DNA of 63,595 bases, the filler included, from Klebsormidium nitens (lineage: Eukaryota; Plantae; Klebsormidiophyceae), in NCBI GenBank assembly GCA_000708835.1. It is 3 parts of 3 records of this genome, joined end to end, with 100 filler letters (N's around TTAATTAATTAA, not from the genome) between each part and the next. Parts side by side here need not be neighbours in the genome. Positions count along the whole stretch, not along the records: positions 30,207 to 57,736 come from DF237601.1; positions 57,837 to 63,595 come from DF238408.1; 1 more part is not named here. One strand, given 5' to 3'. The position numbers and the translations under genes are program-made. Position 1 is the first letter of the stretch; each line of letters opens with the position of its first letter. Below, piece after piece: positions 55,361-63,595 of the stretch. A model generated the notes under the pieces. It worked only from the letters and a program-made list of their open reading frames with translations, had not been told where the DNA came from and did not search any database.

Positions 55361-57643
55361 TTAATGTTGTATATCATCTTCTTTTGGTTTGAAGCGGCGC
55401 TGACTGTGTCGTAAGATTGTCGACAGAATCGTTTGCTTATCTATTGGCTTTCGAATGTAGTCCGACATGCCGACCCGACGACACTCGGCGGCATCGGAAT
55501 CCATGGCATGCGCCGTCAAGGCGATTATGGGGATCTTGCCCGGCAAAGACCCTGCAGCTTCCATCGCCCTGATGCGGCGCGTGGCATCGTATCCATTCAG
55601 GCGCGGCATCTGCAAGTCCATCAGGATGGCCGAATACTCGTCCGGTGCCGCCACGTATGCATCCATGAGCTCTATGCCATCTGCTGTCATGGTCGGTTCC
55701 GCGCCCTCCTTCGTCAGCAAGCGTTCAATCAGCTTGCTTATTAGGCGCGTGTCCTTGGCGACTAAGATGCGCAGCCCCTTGAGCGGATTCTGTGACTCTA
55801 ACGTGCTGACTATGGAGTCCTGAGCCCTGAACGACGCGGCCAGCCTGAGTCGGATCCAGAATCTGAACGTGGTGCCTTCGGGCCCGGTGCTGGCTACCTC
55901 TACGTCTCCTCCCATGAGTCTGCACAGGGACCGTACTATGCTGAGACCGAGCCCCGTTCCGCCGTGAACCTCTCGCACGTTCTCAGCCTGTACGAACTCG
56001 CGAAACATCGCCTCCTCCATGCCGTGCGGTATGCCGCACCCGGTGTCGCTGACCGAGATCTCGACCCTGCTCGACCCGTCTGGGGCGTCCGACGTTCGGC
56101 GAGCCGAGATGCCGATCTCCCCGCTCCTGGTGAACTTGACGGCGTTGCTCAGCAGGTTGTCCAGCACCTGCCTCAGCTTGCGCCTGTCCCCGATCACGTC
56201 TTCCGCCAAGCCGTCTCCGTAGCGAAGCCACGTCCGCACCTCTTTCTGGCTCACGAGAGGACCGATCCCGGCGAGCGCCCGCTCCAACTCCGCGCGCAGC
56301 TTGAAGACCTGTGCCTCCACGTTCGACTTTCCGGCCTCGTTCTTGGCCAGCATCAGTATGCCGTCCAACAGGTGCATCATGTCCTCCGCCGTCTTTCGCA
56401 GTAGCGCGAGATTCTCTTCGAACGCTTCGCCGCCGGAGTCCGCTTGCATCTCCTCCAGAAGACCCACGACTACGGCCATGGGAGTCCTCATTTCGTGACT
56501 GAGGCTCGCCAGCAGCTGCTGCTTCTTCCGGTGCATGCTCGCGTCGTGCTGGGCCGCGGCCAGGTGCGATCGCTCGCGGCTCCATATTCTGAAGAAGCAA
56601 GCGCCGATGATGATCGCGACTACGACGCACATCACTATCGAGGCGATGGACGTGCCCACGGTGAGGCGCTTGCTCCGCTCCAGCCGGGAGAAGAAGCGGT
56701 CCCAAGGCAGCAAGACGACCGCAGTGACGTCGAAGTCGGCGTCCAGTCTCTGCACTCCCGCTACGTAGCGCCGCCCGTCCACGGTTATGACCCCTCGGTG
56801 GTCCGCTCCGTCCTCGAGCTCCTCTCTGAGGCGCCTCGCGCTCCCCGAAACGAGCGGGTCTGGGCTGTCTCTCGCAAAGGTCCACTCGCCCGTCGCGTTC
56901 TGAGAGCGGCTGGAGGAGATGAGAGTCGCGTTCGTGCCGCTCACGACGTACACGTCGTAGTCCTCGGTGGCAGCGGGCCTCCGCGCGATGCTCGAGACGG
57001 AGAGGCCCACGTTGACAGCTCCGAGCAGCGCCGAAGAGGAGTCGGTCACGGCGGTGCTGATCGTGACGACGGGAGCGCCCAACACGCTGAAGTAGTGAGA
57101 GATGATGACGGTGCCACGCTGCGCGACCGCCCCGACGTACCAAGCTCGATTCTTCAGAGGGGGTACCGTTATATCGGACGTGGGGTCGGCGACGGCCGCC
57201 GCCCGGTCGTCCCTCACCAGAAAAGCCGTCAGCGTGGGCGAGCCCGGCGTGAGCCTGCGGTACTCGCTGTAGTTCCCCCCGGTGCGCACGAAGCTGACCG
57301 ACGCGTTGGATTCGGCCTGGAATCCGGCGCTGCTGAAGCGATCATTACCCCTGAGAGTGCCCCACAGGACCGGACGAATGCCCTCCAACTTTTCCGGAGC
57401 GACCTCCAGAGTCGCCGCCACCGCCAGGGCGCAGCCCGCGACGGCCACCCTAGAGTCGTCGAAGGCGCGCCTGAGTTCGCGCTGAATGTCGTGCAGTACC
57501 TCCGCCTCGTAAGAATCGACGAGCGAGAGCTGCGCTCGCAGGGAGGGAGACCACGCCGCGCTGTATATGAGGAGGCTCAGGAATGCGCCGAAGACCGACG
57601 TCGCGCCCGCGCAGGCCAGGACGCGCCCCGGGTTCTTATTCAT
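55361..57643 (-). CDS. Intronless membrane-bound hybrid histidine kinase (TM-dCache-TM-HisKA-HATPase_c-receiver), 760 aa
   Basis: Two hydrophobic segments flank a Cache-like region (NRAWY.GA...ISTAV...LLGAV; LLPWDRFF). H-box LSHEMRTPM, N-box LDNLLSNAVKFT, G1 DTGCGI, G2 GGTGLGLSI, and receiver ILMDLQMP...IPIIALTAHA...DYIRKP. Confidence 0.95.
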   Translation of the reverse strand: MNKNPGRVLACAGATSVFGAFLSLLIYSAAWSPSLRAQLSLVDSYEAEVLHDIQRELRRAFDDSRVAVAGCALAVAATLEVAPEKLEGIRPVLWGTLRGNDRFSSAGFQAESNASVSFVRTGGNYSEYRRLTPGSPTLTAFLVRDDRAAAVADPTSDITVPPLKNRAWYVGAVAQRGTVIISHYFSVLGAPVVTISTAVTDSSSALLGAVNVGLSVSSIARRPAATEDYDVYVVSGTNATLISSSRSQNATGEWTFARDSPDPLVSGSARRLREELEDGADHRGVITVDGRRYVAGVQRLDADFDVTAVVLLPWDRFFSRLERSKRLTVGTSIASIVMCVVVAIIIGACFFRIWSRERSHLAAAQHDASMHRKKQQLLASLSHEMRTPMAVVVGLLEEMQADSGGEAFEENLALLRKTAEDMMHLLDGILMLAKNEAGKSNVEAQVFKLRAELERALAGIGPLVSQKEVRTWLRYGDGLAEDVIGDRRKLRQVLDNLLSNAVKFTRSGEIGISARRTSDAPDGSSRVEISVSDTGCGIPHGMEEAMFREFVQAENVREVHGGTGLGLSIVRSLCRLMGGDVEVASTGPEGTTFRFWIRLRLAASFRAQDSIVSTLESQNPLKGLRILVAKDTRLISKLIERLLTKEGAEPTMTADGIELMDAYVAAPDEYSAILMDLQMPRLNGYDATRRIRAMEAAGSLPGKIPIIALTAHAMDSDAAECRRVGMSDYIRKPIDKQTILSTILRHSQRRFKPKEDDIQH

Positions 57644-57736
57644 GACCTCTCCCGTCTATATTCCATCCACATTTTCGCGCCGCCTCGCTCGCCGAGCTGC
57701 CTCCGAACGCACGTTCGGGAGACGCCCGAAAAAATG

Positions 57737-57836
57737 NNNNNNNNNNNNNNNNNNNNNNNNNNNNNNNNNNNNNNNNNNNNTTAATTAATTAANNNNNNNN
57801 NNNNNNNNNNNNNNNNNNNNNNNNNNNNNNNNNNNN
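57737..57836. other. Artificial assembly spacer (N44-TTAATTAATTAA-N44)
   Basis: Identical in structure to 30107-30206. Confidence 0.95.
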
Positions 57837-59326
57837 CTCTGGTTAAGTCTAACCGCACATCGTTACAAGAATAACCCTGAGTTAAGCGATTACGTCAGGT
57901 TGCGACGTATGGGCACAGTATTGATGTGACGTGGTTAATGCTAGCTGATTATTTACGCCACCAAATAGTTTGTAAAGTGCAAGATAGGTATGCTGAGTCA
58001 TTGACGTGACTGCATGATCTTGCAAGACTATGGCATGACCAGGATTGCTTGGCATGGTGCATGGCGCTCTACTATGTGGTCGTAGTATGCAGTCCCAGTA
58101 AGTAAGCTGTCCTGGACATGACTGGACGTGGCTACGAGATGCCTGCGGGCACTCCTCGAAGCAGTCTCTCCACGATTCAAGACTTGGCTGAACACGCAGT
58201 GGAGCAAGACACGAAACCTTGCGGGGATCATTCGAAGTGCGAATTCCCAACCAGCAAGGAGAACTGTCTTGAGCAGGGCGTTCGCAGGGTTAAGTGTGGC
58301 CAAAAAGCTGTCATCAGTGTAGTTTTTGATGACAATGTACATATTTGCTCGCCATTTGGTCGGAATTTGGTCAAATTGAGTTCCGATTTTTGCAGTAGGT
58401 ACCTCTAGGTTACTAGTACCAAGTCGGGTTTTGAAATTTTAGAAATTCGATGATTGCCCGGTAGATCTAAAAAGTGCCCGGTTGGCGGCCGTAACCAAAA
58501 GGTCCAGACACAAAACTCGGCCGTAATGATTGATTTTTTTGACGCGACTTTGGCACGGACCTTCCCTTGGGTACCTCTAGGGGTCTCAATTCTAACATTC
58601 AGGTTCGCCGCAGTCTGCCGACCTCTAGAAATATATTGAATTGATTTTATCGTCGGAAAACGGTCTGAAAATTGCCGTAAATATACCGTACAAACTCGAA
58701 AACGGCGAACTTTTCGGATGTTAGGATTCAGTCCCCTCAGGGTATCCCCGGCACATGCCGCAACCCGAATCCGCCCTAAAATTTCGGCCATCTAGGCCGA
58801 ATTCCGTGTCTGGACCTTTTGCACTTTGGCACTGACCGGTCACTAATTGCTACTTAACCCAAAATGGTCGGAATTTCAAAATCTCAGGTACGGACCGTCC
58901 ATAGGTACCCTAAAGGTACTCAATGTAAAAATCGGAACTCAATTTCCTGAAAATGTCATCAAATGGCGCACATTTTTCTACCAAAATCGAAAACTGGGCG
59001 ATGATGACAGCTCACTGGCTTCCCGGGGGGCTTCTTTCCGCCATAATCGAAGCCGTCGATGCGATTTTTGTGATTTGTTTTTTGCAATAGCGTCTAGAGA
59101 ACTTGTTTAGCAACTTGTAGAACGAAAAATGGATCGATTTGGATATCTATGCATCTCAGTTTCACCACTTTTTCAGATGGCCGGGTTTAGCCACACCTGA
59201 TCCTGCGAACGCCCAGCAGAAAGACAACATTTTACAGAGCAAGCGCCTCCATCCGAGAATGCCTGCAACCATGGTTTCCGCACATGGCTGCCGTATGTGT
59301 GTCTAGTTATCCCGCCAGCGCTTCGC

Positions 59327-59772
59327 TTAAGCTGGCCAACCGTCACAACCAATCAAGAATCTGTCAGCGGGAGGGTTATTCTGCAGATAGGGAAACAACG
59401 TGTCTGCAAAGAAAGTCTTCCTTTCTGAATGATTGGCAGGAGCATACAGACAAAGAATTGTGATGGTTTCATCTTCCCAAACAAAATCAACCCTTGTATA
59501 GCGGCCACCAATATCATGATGAATATCTTTAATTAGAACTTGCTTGTAAAATAAAATGGCTGTACCACCTACATTAGGTGTCCCTTTGCTCCAAAAGCCA
59601 TCCTTACATTTCCAAAGCCGGTTCAAGGCAGCACGGGATCACGAGTATTGTGAACCCTTGTGTCTGCAAGCAGTAGAACACCCCAGCTATGCTGCATTTG
59701 CATTGCAAGAAGGTGATTCCTTTTGCTTGGCCGATGGACGCCATTTACATTCAAGGACATAGTAACGTGCAT
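59327..59772 (-). pseudogene. L1/Tx1-clade LINE APE-endonuclease remnant
   Basis: MSLNVNGV...KR..L...LLLADT, then after a frameshift GGTAILF...GGRY...ILCLYAPAN..ERKTFF...FLIGCD. This is the N-terminal half of an L1-type endonuclease, with degenerate catalytic motifs and no RT. Confidence 0.75.
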
Positions 59773-61779
59773 TTCTGGAACTGAAGCTGGCGTACCCGGG
59801 GTGGCAACTCCCAATTTAAAAACATGGTATGTGCGGATTAAAACAAGGGGTTTGGCCGTTTTGTAACTTAAAAACTGCTTTTTAAAACGTTTTAAAACAG
59901 TTTTAAAACGGCATGAAAAGTCCATTTTGTGTAATTTACCATGTTTTTATGGCGGCTATCGGCTTGTCAAGAGCTCGTATGCAGCATCCATGCACTTTTA
60001 TGTATATTACGGTGACAAAACAGACCATAAGGGCCCCTAGGTTGTCGCCTTTCCTTGTTTTAACACACTTTATAGGCGTTTTAAAACGTTTTGCTGTTTT
60101 GTTTGTTTTATAAAACGGGGTATTTTGAAGTCCGCCTAACCCGCAGATACATGTATTAAGATTTTGGCGTATTAAAATGTTTTATAATCGTTTTACTTTT
60201 TGTGGGGGGGGGCGAATTTCAAAACGAGTAGTGTTTTAGAAACTAGAGACGAAGGGCTATACGATGGTCAGAAACAAAACATTGGATGCTTTTGTTTTTC
60301 CTTCGTTTTGGGTGAAGGCAAAATAAAAACGCCCTCTATTTTAAAACTGGAGTTGCCACCCCGTGCTGGCGTACGTGAAGCACCTTTAGTTTTCCACCAT
60401 CTGCCCTTGTGAAATCTCATTCCTGTCATGTAGATATACCAAGATGGAAAGAGCTCACCCCATATGGAGTACATTGCGTCCTGAAACTGGCTTCTTCCTT
60501 GCTTGCAATAAAGGGTTTGCCGGGGAGAGATAAGGTATCAATGGTGGTTTGAACTTCCATTTTTGGATGTTCATTTGAACTTCTTCAGAACGGCCTTGCG
60601 CGGTCTGAACCAAGCCGCGCGCTACCTGAACAAGATAAGGAAGCACAGACTGGTAGACTTGCGCAATATTGCGCAAATGCGAATGGTGCGCCATTCATTT
60701 TTTTCTCATTCAGAATTCAGCGTGGACTCTGAACGGAATGGTGCGTACGGTTCAGGTACCCCGGTGCTGGGTCCGGCATTAGTACAACACCTAGGTACAT
60801 CGGCGGTACCTACTGTTTCAACCTAACTTTTGCTTCATTCAGCACTACGGTACATACTAATATGATGCGGTACCGTACGGTACTGCAGGACAGTGGGCCC
60901 CGTACTAGGTACCGTACGGTGCATGCTAGCTGGGTACCGTACCGTTTTCAAACTTCATTCAGAATTCTCCTGAATCCTGAAGTTCCGGAAAAGGGGTCGG
61001 GACCGCCGGGTCCCGGCGGGTATATTTTTATTTTTATTTTTATTTGTTTTTTTATTATGTACAATATATACCCATATAGGCCCCCCAGCTTCCGAAATTT
61101 CAGGATTCAGGAGAAAGATGAATGAATCTTCAATGAATCCGGAAAGCCCCTGATTCTTTCAGGCTTCATTCATACTTCTCCTGAATCCTGAAGTTTTGGA
61201 TCTGCGCCGTAATTTATTAGTTTTTAAATCTTCAAATACTTTGGAAAAACCAACTTAAAAAAGCGGTAGCAGGGCCATTGGTACCGTACACCGTACACGC
61301 CCGGCCCCGGTCGGAGGTCGGTACTACCATACAGTACCGACCGTACTTCAAGCTCTGCTGTCAGATACCTGCGCAAGCCATCGGTACCAGACCAACAACC
61401 GACCGCCACTGCAGTTGTGCGCGACTTTATGGTACCCACCGGTCAAACGACCAAGTGAAGCGTCCCCGCCCGCCCGGTACCTGCCGTTGTTGGTACCGTA
61501 CGGCATGGGTACTCGAGCGAGAACACGAAAAAGCGAAACATGTTAAACTTTAATAAGTAGTGATATCAGCAGATTATACAAGTATTATCGGCTATCAAAA
61601 CAACAGCCACAGTATTGTCGACGGAGGCTTTAATCGCTCTGTCAAGAAAAACGCGATTGCTGCAAGTTCGACGGACACAAAGGAAAGACGCGAAATATGT
61701 TAAACACTAAAAAATACAAACAATCGTCAAGGTTTTGTTGTACGAGACCATGAAATGTGGGGACCGGCTTCAGTAAAGG

Positions 61780-62165
61780 TTCATTCAGGGTTCTTCTGAA
61801 CCCTGAACTTCTGGAAACCGGGGGCGCCCCGGGCCCTCGGCTGAAGGTTTGAACCAAGCTTCAAGTACAGCTCTTTCCGGGTTCTCCTGAACCCTGAACT
61901 TCTGGAACCGGGGGCGCCCCGCCGCCGGGCCATGGGCTGAATGTTTGTACGGAGCTTCAAATACGATTCATTCAGGGTTCTCCTGAACCCTGAACTTCTG
62001 GAACCGGGGGTGCCCGTGGGCCCAGCCNNNNNNNNNNNNNNNNNNNNTTTTGGAAACCGGGGGGGCCGGGGGCCCGGCCGGCCTTACACTTAGATACAAG
62101 ATGGACAGTGCTTCAAGCAAGGTTCATTCAGGGTTCTCCTGAACCCTGAACTTCTGGAACCGCTA
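61780..62165. repeat. Array of 10-bp-stem hairpin repeats
   Basis: TTCAGGGTTC-T(C/T)CT-GAACCCTGAA-CTTCTGG(A)AACCG at ~61784, ~61875 (one mismatch), ~61971 and ~62127. Related TCCTGAATCCTGAA motifs lie at ~60965, ~61185 and, inverted, at ~61100. Confidence 0.8.
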
Positions 62166-63595
62166 AAGTGTTTGCTGACGGTAGTGCCCGGGGGACGGAA
62201 CGGTACAGGATTACGGCGGAATGGTAAGAAAATCCCGTGAAGATTCAGCGGATCGGCCCTTCCAAGGAATAAAATGAAGAATGAATGTACCAATATAGAC
62301 ATCTATATCGGAAAGAGTTCAAAAAGGGGTCCAAAAATGGAAGTTCATACCACCATTGATACTTTGTCCGGGGAGAACTTTGCTGTGAATCAGATCGAGA
62401 GGTAAGCTGGAAAGTGTGGTAGCTGTTTGAAACAGCGTAGTCATTGTTGAGACTGGCAAGGGGAGTTGTAACTCCAGAAAGACGACTTACAGCAGAATCA
62501 TAGATCCTGCAGAGGAACTGCACCAACAACAGCCCTCTAGCGCCTCCTTGCTCGTTACATGGTTTAGTAGGCAAAGTCGGCGGCAGGGTGCCCGACCCTG
62601 TGCCCAAGCACTACAAAGGGAGCTCTACATAAGCAGCCCCCATGCCTGCTTGCGGCTCAGGTCCTGATGCGCCCTTGCTGCCTCCTACCAGCCAGAAGTT
62701 TTTACCATCGCGGAAACGCGTATAGCAGTCCCGATGCTCCAGCTGATGGGCTCGGTATGCTCAGGTTATACAAAAAAAAAAAAAAAAATGCTAAACCGCT
62801 GTGCGGTGTGAATGCTCGGTTTTTGCCTACTGATGATCTTTCTTTTTCCAGCGTATTTACGCAATGTCTGGAAAACAAGTTATTTATACGGTGCTGAATT
62901 ACGCGATCGAAGCGTCTCAAACGCGTGGGGAAACACAATCGGACGGCTGCCGTTTGCTCTTATTAAGACTTACTAAGGCTTACTACGGGCCGGTCATCCA
63001 GCGTATGAGAGTCTACCGGGCACCCCTCTGATCTAAGTTACGGGAGAATACTGACCGGTACTGTAGACATAAGGAGCTGGCCACTAGTGTTGAGTATAGC
63101 TTACAAAGCAAAATCGTCGCATGTCCAATAAATCCTGCTACCGGGTCCACCTTCTAGGGTACTCGATTCGACGGAGTTTCGCCCGGTACCGTCATAAGCA
63201 GGTAGCGGCCACAGGCCCACAGCCCAATTTCACGCGTGCGAATACGTAATCAACCGATTGACACGATACCATCGGACGGCTGCCTTTCCATACTAGTTCG
63301 ATACAAAGCACGCGGCCGGGTGACGGTTCCCTGCGGGCGCTAGCACGCGGGCATGACCGCAGGGTTTTATCGCACGTATGGCGGTCACGTTCCAAAAAGG
63401 TTCACCAACAAAAAAGATTTTTGAAGCATCGAACTCCAAAACCCGTCGAAAAGCCAAGTCAACTGCTTTCAGACCGTAGCTCCGCCAAAAGTACCGTTCG
63501 ATGGATAAACTCGGCTTAACTGAGTGACCCAGTCTGGAGCGCCACTTTATCCCAAAACCAAACTACCCGGGTAAAAGCGAGAGCGTTTTTACAAA

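Noticed and set aside
55983-57784. 386-aa and 446-aa ORFs overlapping the kinase
   Set aside because: Alternative-frame and antisense shadows of a GC-rich CDS.
61780-62165. CRISPR array
   Set aside because: Eukaryotic context, no cas genes, and irregular long spacers that share sequence.
1-63595. tRNA, rRNA or snRNA genes; NCLDV hallmark genes (capsid, PolB, A32 ATPase); LTR or tyrosine-recombinase elements
   Set aside because: No supporting motifs found by eye. tRNAscan, Infernal and GVOG HMM scans would be needed to exclude them formally.

Overview
Eukaryotic nuclear DNA from a GC-rich, intron-rich green-lineage genome. A streptophyte alga such as Klebsormidium is my inference from gene content and style, not a lookup. 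Two artificial 100-bp spacers (N44-TTAATTAATTAA-N44 at 30107-30206 and 57737-57836) divide the window into three blocks. (1) 1-30.1 kb: compact housekeeping block. It holds EAPP, a 66-aa spliced PIGBOS1-like microprotein (absent from the ORF track) ending 115 nt upstream of EAPP on the same strand, SERF, EFG1, ER-type SIL1 (KDEL), a plastid PDZ-like protein, a 16-exon protease-dead FtsHi5-like AAA ATPase and a plastid acyl carrier protein. (2) 30.2-57.7 kb: accessory island. It holds a cluster of mostly intronless giant-virus-like genes (antirepressor-like/GIY-YIG-like, C2H2 plus tandem HNH/NUMOD, Cys/His zinc-finger and repeat proteins) and a spliced KDZ-class transposase with SWIM-like and Tudor-like domains. 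A complete PIF/Harbinger element (perfect 31-bp TIRs, TTA TSD) is nested in the 5' end of the KDZ gene. The block also has orphan spliced genes, tandem repeats and an intronless Cache-type hybrid histidine kinase. (3) 57.8-63.6 kb: repeat-rich DNA with an L1/Tx1 endonuclease remnant and hairpin/GTAC arrays. The best candidate for a new system is a possibly chromatin-reading KDZ transposon adjacent to (and possibly carrying) virus-like cargo. The second is a probable bicistronic microprotein-EAPP locus. All family assignments come from motif recognition without database searches. I checked exon coordinates by hand for frame consistency.
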